DNA of 64,000 bases. Source: Phoronis australis. Its lineage: Eukaryota; Animalia; Phoronida. Each line of letters begins with the position of its first letter. The first letter of the stretch is position 1. Made by a program: the position numbers and the translations under genes. The notes beneath the pieces were generated by a model. It was given only the letters and a program-made list of their open reading frames with translations, was not told where the DNA came from and ran no database searches. Shown piece by piece: positions 1 to 10,428 of the stretch. The stretch is taken from assembly GCA_002633005.1 (NCBI GenBank), contig NMRA01000359.1, positions 62,001-126,000 of the forward strand, in the 5' to 3' direction.

Positions 1-2681
1 AAACACAGTGTATCATTATATTTTTTATCTGTACTGACAATATATTGATATGCAATTTCGATGAACGTTTTTTGAAAAAACAAAAGTTAAAGTACGAAAC
101 GTTTTTGGCCACCCAATATAATGGACAAATATTGATTTTTCGTCATTGAACTTTTTGCCACTACCTTGAATTTCATATCAAATACTTATCATATCCTAAT
201 TTTAACCACACCAGTGAGTTTCTCACCCATTAAAACCATAGACTAGAATAAAAAATTGTGTCGCTATCACAATTATTGAAGGAGTTATATCTGATTTAGT
301 GATTTCGTAGCGTCGTGGCAGCCATCTTGGAAATGACGCAGTTTTAACCCGTTTCCGGTTGTCAGAATTTGGTAGACATTTTCCCTGTTAATACTCAGAA
401 TACTCAGTGGGGTATTAAACAACTCTAAAACCCTTTGTTGCAATTTGGTGTGAGTCAAGTGAAATGAACGCTGATGTCACTCACGCGGCATATGCTCATG
501 AATGGTGGATGTTCACGCAACTGGTTAATGTATAGAAACCAAGAAAACCAGTCTAACTTCTCGTTGGTTTAGTTCGAGCGAGATTTCCTTTCAAGAAGAG
601 GTACACAAAGGCAAATGATGTCGACAGCAATACGTCACCCACACCTACGTAGTTCACTAGCCAATAAGGTGCTCACAGGAGAATTCGCGGAAAAAGAAGA
701 CGTACTTTCGTTTTGAAATGTTGCGCACCCATAAAGAGTAATTTGATTTGAAGAATGTAATGTTCTGTGATGTTTAATTTTCTTTTGTCCCGCTTCCTTC
801 GAAATCCTGCTAAATGTTCCGAAACCGAAAATATTGCTAAATTACATCTGTTCGCCACAAGCTAGTTCCAAACCATTTTGAGAAATTCATATAACTACAA
901 CTATAACTTTGAATGGTAAATCAAATTCTACTAATAAATGGAGATCTGTTAGTCAAATATATAATTTCCTAGTGTTCCAATTTCAAAAACTGTTTCCTTT
1001 ATTACAGACAAGACATGCTTGCGAGATGAGTGATTTTAGTCACGGGTCTCAATTCTCCTTATTTTCAGATAAACTATGGAATACAACTGATAACTGGCTA
1101 GCGATTGCCGGTCTTCTTACGTTATTCCATACTGCCATGATATTTTTGACGGGGCAGTGATTGAATACACACGTGTTTACAATAAAACGTACACACCTTT
1201 AAAATTACTTAACAATGCAACCGTATTCCGTTCGAGAGAATTCCTATCCTTAAGCTGTTTAGGCAGCCTGCACTCAGGCGCGCGCCGTGGTCCATATCCT
1301 AATTATGATTTTCAAACAGCTATAATGATAACAAATTTATAAATGATCGTTTTAGAACCCTTAATTGATTAATTTTCTCTCTTACCGTGGTTTTTCTAAG
1401 AGTTGATTAAATGTGGCAAAAATATCGTTCGAGAGTGTTAACAAATCTCATGACTAGCTTTGTTTTTCGAATGAGAATTCTTCATTAACACACATTATTC
1501 AACAAAATCTTGAATATTGGGTTACATTAGATATATTTTAGCCGTCATCGGATGCGATACAAAACCAAGTCTTTACCCTGCCATCTAAAACTGGAATAGC
1601 GACACCACACATCAAGCCAGGAGGATCTGTTCACCTCTCAGTGATTCCCCGCAAGTCCCGCGTTGGTCAGTCATCAGTCGCTTCTACCCCAGCACGTTGG
1701 CAAGGCGGAAGAACTACTGCATCTCAAACGTTTCCTGCCGGCACTCTAATAGAGCACACCCCCTAATTATTTGTTTAATATAAAAACACAAACGAATCAC
1801 AGGGAGAATAAACGTAACATGTTCAAGGGGTAAGCATGAAAATCCCTATTAGGGGCTATAAATTCGCCACTGTACCAGACGACTCTACAAACTCGGCCAT
1901 CAAAGCGTTTAGCTACGTTCTGCACATTAGTCAGCCACGTTATGAAGTTATTAGGTAAGATTTATTTTCACATAAAATTCAATTACTGTTTACGACAAAA
2001 TGTCGATCCAGTGGGTGCTTTAAAGATGTTCTTTTCTTTAATTTCCTAATTTTTTTAGTAAAACTCAGAGTATGCCTTATCCATCGAAAGATAGAACTAG
2101 ACACCTTTCTTAAACTATGGCCATGTGTGTATTTGTGTTCAGTGTCCACTCTTTTAAGTTCATGAGCAATTATCTTCCTGAGTCGAGCAATTACGGAGGT
2201 CATTCTGTTAAAACGTCAGCGTTATCTGTCATGAAGTTGAAAATTATAAACTGGAGCCACTTTCCTATGTTTTAATTTTTCGTTTTAATTTCAGTTTCTT
2301 CGAAAAATCCAAAAATTGAGACTTAGAAAATTCAGTCAGTTACTGATTTTTTGTTTTTGTGAAGAAAACAAAAATCAAAAATTCAAGCAATCAAAAATTG
2401 GCTTGATTTTTTACTTTTTCGACTTCGTTTTCAAACGAAAAATCGATTTGGGCATTTCATACACGGACTTTTCATTGGGTTAAAATCTATAGTTTTGTAG
2501 ATTGTTGGGTGAATATACGTCAATGTGGTCCTACATAACCGTAAAGAATTTAAGAAAAGTGAAGCATGCCTGAACAGTTGCTCGAAGCCTGCATGACCGT
2601 ATTATGAGCAATAATATTTTTAGTTTTAGAGCTGTGGTAATGTTTTTAAAAAAAATTAGGTGCCACAGATGTCTTGAGGAA

Positions 2682-2752
2682 GCAGTGCCACCTAGTGGGA
2701 TAAGTGTCCGCTCCCTTTACTCAAGGTTGTGGGTTCGAGTCCCGTTGGGGCA
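2682..2752 (+). mobile_element. tRNA-derived SINE head fragment (degenerate)
   Basis: A-box-like CCTAGTGGGATAAG followed by B-box GGTTCGAGTCCC at tRNA-like spacing; no intact cloverleaf. Confidence 0.45.
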
Positions 2753-5700
2753 CACAGCTAGACCCTTGATTCAGGTTTCTAGATCCTCAGCTCCCTTTTA
2801 ACTATATATTAATATAGCAGAAAAATGGTTCCAGGTGAGCAATGCTATGGGCCCACACGAGCTGTCTGCGCATGTCTGGCACAACGTGTACCAGACCGCA
2901 TGCGATTATTTTATAGGTTTTTATGTACATGACACACTTCACTTCAGTTTACGCAAATCTCCAAGGAAGATTAAGAAAAAAATTTAGGATCGGGAAACTG
3001 TAATTTTCACGTCCACTGCTGGCAAATAACTTATCAACCGTTTTACTTGGCTAGTTTGAAAAGATCAGAAAGCATGAATATTGCTTTGTTTGCTGTCTAC
3101 TTGTTCGCCGGAGTATATCTTTATAAATTCAAAAAATGAAATCGTTTCATATAAGTTGAGAGTGTTTTATTGTATTTTTCAGGAATTTTGACACTTCTAT
3201 TCGCAAGCAGTGCTATTCTTGCCATCCATGGTTCTGACCTGGACTGGGCCTCCCCTTGCTACGGCAGCGCCACTGCACGGGTTGTGCAGGAAACAGCGCC
3301 ATCCTTTATCCCTGAGAGTATGTGCAACTCAACACAAAGGACGCTGTTCGTTTTCAGATTAAAAATGCTCAGAAAGAATTTGCGAGAGATAAAGAAACAC
3401 GTGGTGAGTATAGCTCCTGTGGAGCTGCGCCTGCACCCGAAACTGAATGCGTCGCACATGCGCCTGTGTGCGAAGCACTGGACAAAACCAACAAGGAGTG
3501 ACGTTTTATATGATAACAAGCGAGTGAAGCTTGACTTATTCGTTATTTACGATAGTTGTTGACATGCTTTCTATTTAACACAGCTATACAAATGGACAAT
3601 TGTGAGAGACGCAAAACACACATTTCAACACAAGCCTAAGGGATAACAACTTACGCCTGTCAGTGACGCGTAGGCACATGGGGGTCCATGCAAAACAATT
3701 GGGCAAAATTTATTTCTCTGAAAAACAGACGCTGGCGTTATTTCGAGAACAGGCATACGTACGAGCGGTAGCTATAAATACAAACAACACAGCAGTGTGT
3801 TCTCTTTGGTTCTGTTGGTCGAAATGGGACCGAAACGCAGGTTTTCTTAGAAAAAAACAGCAGTCTTAATGTTCTGGAGGTTGCTCCATAGTTGTGAATA
3901 TTTTTTCTCTACTTTCGCTGTGTCAGGTGACCTTCGAGTTTCAGTTGTTGTACTGTATAACTCGAAGTGTTTCACTGTAATGCCACATACGTCAAAATTT
4001 TAATCCGCTGCTCTTTTGCTCACGCAAAACATTTTTATTAAATATGAACCCTCGACTCACGTAAACAATCACGAAAACTTCGGCTTCATAATGATAGCAT
4101 GCTTTGAGACTACAATTTAAACATTTATGTAAATGAAAGTACATTGAGTGAACTTTTCAGCTGAGGCGTCTACCACGAGTTCTCCGCAGAGTTCCATGTC
4201 CACAACATCAAGCTGGTCGTAGTCTTCCTTTGTCACAGGTAATGTTATCACCGAGGTCGTTTTTCTCACAATTTTATGATGGTACGCGACGGGAACACTT
4301 CGGGCACAAAATATGAGCTTACTGTAGATGTTTGTCCTGGGTTATTTTCCCCATCGTACGTTCGTGGCGACAAACATGTTGGTTATTTGTCCTAAAGAAT
4401 ACCATAGACGTTTTTCCCTTTAAAAGTAGCCCCACCTGGTGGCACAACGCAGCACCCAAGTCACTGGAGCTGGAAGGACGATTCGCCGTTAGGGAATACA
4501 CGAGCGTGGATTTTAATTCGATAGTCCCTTTTTGACATTACTATTAAATATAGAATTTGCCCTGTGCTTTTGAATTACATTAAATAATAAAGCCCGTCTG
4601 TTTTGCAATATGTTTTTACACAGCTGTGATCTGTTTGCAGGTCCCCTTAACTTTAGCGAATTACACACAAATAATGCTGGCGTTCAGCCGACGCTTAGAC
4701 ACGGCTACGCACGTCGAATATGAATACAACTTTGACCAACCATTGCACGAGAAGATGAACCGCCTTCTGACACATCGTCTCAAGATGGGGATCCTATGTC
4801 CGCTGGAGCTTGCCTTGAAAGAGCTTGGACAAACATTCCCGCTTTCCCATCACCATGATAGGACAGAGAGGCGATATCATGATACATGTACCATTGAACT
4901 CCTGAAAGATTTCACTTTTTTCTTACGTAAGACTAAAATGTTTCCAATGGAATTTTGTTCATCGTACGGCAGTTATTATTCGATATAAGTGGCATAACGG
5001 CGTAGTTGCCATGGTGACTTGTACTGTTTTTTATTGTTAATGCTGATCTGTAAAAATTGGTCATTATATTTTTAACGTGGTAACCACAGAGTTCTTGTTG
5101 TCATTTACATGTCATTATTGTGCATTCCGCAGTGTTTAATTGCTAGTCAAAACATTTTTGTACGTGACGTTATTTATTTGAAGTCGCCAAAGTCTTTTTG
5201 ATATGTCAAGTCTGCGACATTCGTTAATGAAATTTTTATTTATTTCCTCTTTGTATACATAGTTGTATCAGTTTGCTTTCATAATGTGTTACAATAAAAT
5301 TTTATAAACCAATCATCTACTCAGGACAACCTGCTTCTATAGGGCACAACAGCGTTCTAGTTTCGATTGTTACACGATACTGGAATCAAGTTCTGCAACA
5401 CATTTTCCTTTAGTCGTTTAGCATTTAACATCGAAAACTTTCGTTACCACTGACTGTTTGGCAAGCCAAGTTCCTAAACGGCCCTGCAAGTTTTTTAATG
5501 AACCGATGTGCTAAAACCGCGTTTAAACGCTGCTGTAGTAGAATTCGTCGGCTATGTTGTACTCGAGAACAATTACATCTTAGTTTCACAAGCATTGTCG
5601 CCTGATAATTAAATAACATACACTAACGTTTTTGAAAAAACAATAACAGGCTGTACCGGACATGGACTTCAAGTGCATGAAACAGGCGTTCTGGTGACAG

Positions 5701-7245
5701 AAATACATCCTCGTGGAGAAGCCTTAACTGGAAATTGTAATTTTATACAGGCAGGTTTGTAATCAGGCCACGCATAACACCTGTCAAAACAATGCAAGGA
5801 GTCAGACCTTCTATCTTTCACGGAACGTGTTTTAGTCCTTGAATGGGATGGACTCCTGGAAATTGTTAGATTTGAGCAGAGCATAAAACAACTATACCCT
5901 TGTGTTCTTTTTTATTTTAGTACAAAAAAAGTCAAATTCTCTAAGTTGTCTCCCAGCCGTTCACTGAAAAAAGGCTGACTTCTACTCTACCATTTATTGA
6001 GTCGATAAAATGCATCTGTTGATCGCACCGCTCTGATACTGATTTCAGTAAATCGTTTTTCTCGCCAATAATCGTTTGGAACCGTTACAACTTTGACAAT
6101 ATTGACAGCGTTCATGAACTTCTTTCAGATATTTATGAACTTAAAAGGAGAATGCCACCCAAAAAACAACCTACTTTGTATCAATTTAGATCGAGTAGTT
6201 ATATCCGATAACGGCAGGTTCGTTTGCGTTACCTGACACCTGACGGCAGACGGAGGTGTTGAAACTATCCAATGACGTAATTGGTTTCACACGCAGTCTG
6301 TTCAGCAGTTCTCAACACGGGTTAGTGGTGTCAGCTTGTCGCTTGAATTCATCGTTTAACACCAATAAATCATCAAACTGCGATGTATAACCCTTAAAAA
6401 TACACCGAGTTCTTATGAAAACATATTGTTTTATTTCGCTGTTACGGATTTACTGGTATTTGGACACACCGTAGCCTACAAAGTTCAGCAGGCCAATATT
6501 TACCATGGTCCGTAGCAGGAGTTTGGGGTTTGTTCGGAGATAAATTCGAAGTATTCTCCGTGAAATAAAGACAGGAGAACATAGATCTGTGTTGTTTATA
6601 CTTGTGATTTTTTAGTTCTAAATACACAAAAGCTTGTTATCCCGGGCAGTGGCTCGGAACCCGATCAGTCGCGGCCGCTGGGACTGGCACGAACATAAAC
6701 CAGTTTGAGTTGGAAACTAAACCTTCTGACGAAAAGACTATAATAGTGAGCCAAAGAGATAAATGTGCACGTAATTATTTATGTGACTGAATTAGCCACG
6801 CAACTGAAAATCTACTTGTCGGGGGCCGCGAAGTCGGATTCCCCTTCCACAGGGCCGTCAGGGCAAACGTTGTACAGTAACAATGATTTGAATAATGTAT
6901 TTGTATTTCTAAATAAAGATTCCCCTAACATGTGACAATAGCATATAAAATCGAGTAATTGTTTCTCAACAGCTTTCTGCCAGCAAACACTGAATTACCA
7001 TGCACACGGCCTCGGTGCCCGGTCAATTACCTTTGTTGCCGTCATCAATAGCCGGTAACTCAGTGGTTTATTCATTGCTGGCTTCTCAAAACATTTGCAC
7101 TCACGAGCACTCCAAGGCATTACAAACTGTATCGAATGAGACAGACTTTGTTTCAGTTCCATATAAACATTGGTTAGGATAATTTTAGAATCGAGAATAA
7201 TTCATTTTGAAACAGAACGCAGACATAACGCTAAATCGTCGTGAG

Positions 7246-7287
7246 AGACCGTCCGGAGTTGATATAAGATGCAACTCCGGACGGTCT
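7246..7287. repeat. Perfect 16-bp-stem hairpin; a degenerate relative lies at about 8225-8260
   Basis: AGACCGTCCGGAGTTG-atataagatg-CAACTCCGGACGGTCT; CTGTCCGGAGTTG...CAACTCTGAACGG near 8225. Confidence 0.8.
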
Positions 7288-7614
7288 GGGCTCAACAAGA
7301 AAACCATAGTTCTACTGTGAATCTACACCAATGTGATAAACGAGAGTGAGCTCTAGTTGCCGCATCAGCTGCAGGTATCATTATCTGTTTTATGACAAAC
7401 AACATGTGACTGGGCAAAGCCTTCTCAAATTAGTGTAGATAATCTAGTGGAGCGTGAGACCCCTGAAGGTCCCTGTCAAGTCCTCACGAAAATTCCACGT
7501 TATGATAACAAACGTATACACGGCGCCAATCCCGACTTAGGCTCATCCAACGAAGACTTCACGGGTCGGATCGTTAGGTTTCACAGGCTATCAGTTCGAA
7601 CCGGAATGCGCTGA

Positions 7615-7911
7615 TCAAGAAATACTAGAGAGGCGTCGTGAACATGCATAGACAACGGAACGTATGGATAGTACTTTGGTAAGCCGGAATTCGTCAGAGA
7701 AATCACTGTCGACGAAATGCCGGCCACACACACGGAGATGTTTCGGCGGCCCCGTAGTGCTATTAACAGCGTACCTTTCATTCTCCACTACCGCGAGCCA
7801 CTTCCTAAGCATTTCGGGCTCTTGAGGAAGTCGAAAAAACGATATACCCGCTTTCTTCGCTGCTTTTTAGTTCGGACAAGCGGGAACCGATGCACCGCAA
7901 TATAGCGGCAT
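7615..7911 (-). pseudogene. THAP zinc-finger domain, 5' stub of Kolobok transposase (premature stop)
   Basis: Manual translation from ATG 7911: MPLYCGASVPACPN*KAAKKAGISFFRLPQEPEMLRKWLAVVENE...HLRVCGRHFVDSDF, with the C2CH ligands and conserved P/W/F residues of THAP. Confidence 0.75.
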
Positions 7912-9334
7912 TCACTCTGCAGACGAACCACTGACGCCGCTGCGTCGCTTCTCAACTTCCTCACAGGTTAACGCGACACCTCTCGGCAAGGTGAGGTCGA
8001 CCGTATAAGAGGCGATGTGAATATAGACCGATCAAGACGGTAAAAAAGACCAATTAAATCGGGTGGCATTCTCCTTTAACCTCACTCTTAGCCGTGTTGC
8101 GGTCCGTAAAGCACGTTTTTATGAGTTTTGCGAGATTAAGCAACGGCGCACGCGAGTACGTTCAGGAGCAATGCCAGCAAAATGCCTGCACCTGAAATCT
8201 TAACATTATACCGTCGTGATGCACTGTCCGGAGTTGGTAGGCTGGCAACTCTGAACGGTCAGAAAACCTTAATTTTTCCGCTCGATTACTCTTCCAACAG
8301 CGTTATGATACGACTAGAATGAACAATAAAAAATGTAGGCGGCTAGGTGTCATTTGCGGTGCCTGAACAATTGATTTCACTTTTCGTCCATTTTTGTGGA
8401 CGGAAACAGTACCTGTGATAACAGTGTCAGTGTCCAGCGCATACTCCCTGAAGCTCCCACAATCATCATAGCGTTATGGATTGTTTGACGAGATTGGAAT
8501 GTCGAATTCTGGAAAGAAATTTACAGGTCCATAAGCGAAATACGGTCTTTCAGAGTTTATTCCCGGGACATGTTTTCTTAATTCGTTCAGATTGACATAG
8601 AACGGTAATTGCGTCATCCTGTCGCCGTTATGGAAAACAACTCCCTACGAAAGCAAAACGCGTTCCCTTCTATGCTCATATAATCTGACCTCTATGTGCT
8701 CTTCGATAAAGGAACTTTGGTCTATTAAAATGCCATCGAAACCTCACACACCTTTCCCATCGAGTGTTCCCTGTGTACCGCAGTTTTCGTTAGATGGCGG
8801 TTCAGTCACTGTAGAATGAAAATTTAACCACTAGACCCAAGAAGGCAGTTTTGATTTTGGAGGCTATTTGCAGAAACCTCTCGCGACATATGCAGAATCC
8901 TTTCGAAACAAAGTTAAGGGTGACATGAACATATTCAGTTTTGCGACCGGAAATTGTATCCTTAGGTTTGATGGGCGAGGTGGATTTTTTAAATTTATAA
9001 AGCTATGAAAAACAATTACGTGGTGTTTTTTTTAAAAATCGTCAATATTCTTAGGTCTTCACCCTTTAAAGGCGAAGGCAACCTTTTTCCATGTCATTTT
9101 GAGCTAAAATAAGGTTGGTTGGTTATCCTAGACATATTTTCCACTTAATTACAGCTTTTCGTAATTTTATTAATTACTCGTCCGATACTCCGGAAGTGAC
9201 GTTTTAGGAGGCAAGTATTTCGCGCCAATTTCTTTTCAAATAGTCTGACTGTGAGAGCTGCCCAGTCAGTCATTGTTCTACCTCGGTTGTGTTAAGTTCC
9301 GTCGTCGTTTGCTTTCATTTACTAGTCAGTCAAC

Positions 9335-10342
9335 ATGCCACACTGTTGCTGCGTACCACGATGTACTAACTATCGGCTCACGCGCGCTTTGGGAGTACCT
9401 TTGCATCGCTTTCCGATGGATGACACACTTCGCCGTACTTGGCTCGTTCGTGTGAAAAACGTAGCGTTACCCGTCCACGCAACGTACAAAGCAGTGGAGA
9501 ATTACCGTGTGTGTGGCAAGCACTTTCTGCCGTCTGATTACGAAAGGGATTTGTACGCTGAACTGATGAAGGTCCCAGCGAAACAACGTCTGAAGAAGGA
9601 TGCCATTCCGTCTGTGTTGATTCCCGGCAGTGCCCCGTCGCCACCCCCGAGAAGTGCGTTTTTGAAGCGAGAAGCCTCGCGAGCTGTGGCCAGTACAGTG
9701 ACTGGAGCCAGTGGAGGCACTTCATCTACTGTCACCCGTGCCTCCGAACGTACCCCAGAGCGTGCAATTCCTGGAACCAGTAGTGATTCGCCCTGTGCTG
9801 TTTTCTCCAGCCCAGAGCCTCTAAGCAGCCCTGCAGCGATATTGAGTAGTGGGAGTGATTACAGGCTCAGTTCGACACCCAGTGAAGAGGACAGTTCGTC
9901 GTCCAGTGAACAGATCGGTGAGCCAAACTTTGATAAGTTTATTGTGGACTTGTCTAAAGTGTTGGAGCTATTTAGAAGGTGCCAGGTGTGTGGCGAGGGA
10001 GTCACACGACACGATGTAAGCAGTTTGGGTGCTCAGGTCACCATCCAGTGGGAGTGTGTCGCGGGACACTCTGGCAAGTGGGACAGTTGTTCCTCTGTCC
10101 GTGGTATGCCGGAGGTCCACTTAACCATGTCCAGTAGTGGCTTGGCCTCGTCGAACTCTGAACAGCACAAGCATTCCATTGAGGTAGGCATAACAACGCA
10201 CACAGTGCATTTGCACCAAGATGTGTCACCACGTCTGTCCTCAGTAGCCGCCTCGTTTCTCTCAACAGCTGCCTGTGCCTGTGCGTACTCTGCCTCGTTA
10301 TACTCGGGCTCAAACATGTACCCACCCACTGAATGTCCGTGA
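9335..10342 (+). CDS. THAP-domain ORF: N-terminal part of Kolobok transposase (THAP plus second Cys/His finger), truncated at about 10120 and running on into antisense KolX sequence
   Basis: MPHCCCVPRCTN...LHRFP...W...RVCGKHF...DAIPS is a THAP domain; later CQVCG...WECVAGHSGKWDS; no DDE catalytic domain follows. Confidence 0.75.
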   Translation: MPHCCCVPRCTNYRLTRALGVPLHRFPMDDTLRRTWLVRVKNVALPVHATYKAVENYRVCGKHFLPSDYERDLYAELMKVPAKQRLKKDAIPSVLIPGSAPSPPPRSAFLKREASRAVASTVTGASGGTSSTVTRASERTPERAIPGTSSDSPCAVFSSPEPLSSPAAILSSGSDYRLSSTPSEEDSSSSSEQIGEPNFDKFIVDLSKVLELFRRCQVCGEGVTRHDVSSLGAQVTIQWECVAGHSGKWDSCSSVRGMPEVHLTMSSSGLASSNSEQHKHSIEVGITTHTVHLHQDVSPRLSSVAASFLSTAACACAYSASLYSGSNMYPPTECP

Positions 10343-10428
10343 AAAAATTCCTCGTCACCACTGCTGTGAACAAGGTCTCCGTCACTCACACTACTGTCAC
10401 TGTGATACGGGTCACCGACTCCAGCCAT
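10121..10428 (-). pseudogene. 5' stub of KolX-like protein (acidic N-terminus, YxFEP, P2X7-ballast-like Cys cluster)
   Basis: MAGVGDPYHSDSS...GYMFEPEY...RRGDTSWCKCTVCVVMPTSMECLCCSEF within ORF 10033-10446(-); WCxCxxC...ECxCC pattern. Confidence 0.7.

Larger units (their letters stand above)
6146..8075 (-). mobile_element. Kolobok-type DNA transposon derivative (non-autonomous, decayed THAP gene)
   Basis: 15-bp TIR AGGAGAATGCCACCC (6146-6160) / GGGTGGCATTCTCCT (8061-8075), flanked by TTAA(A) at 6141-6145 and TTAA at 8076-8079; THAP pseudogene just inside the right end. Confidence 0.75.

Noticed and set aside
2682-2752. Functional tRNA gene
   Set aside because: Has A/B boxes but no intact acceptor stem or anticodon arm; treated as a SINE head.
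3170-3562. RLCAKHW motif suggesting a fourth THAP remnant
   Set aside because: The N-terminal CxxxxC, FP and W signatures and flanking TIRs could not be found.
9563-9592. CTGATGA...GAAAC hammerhead-like core inside the THAP ORF
   Set aside because: No convincing stem II or stem I; best explained as coding sequence.
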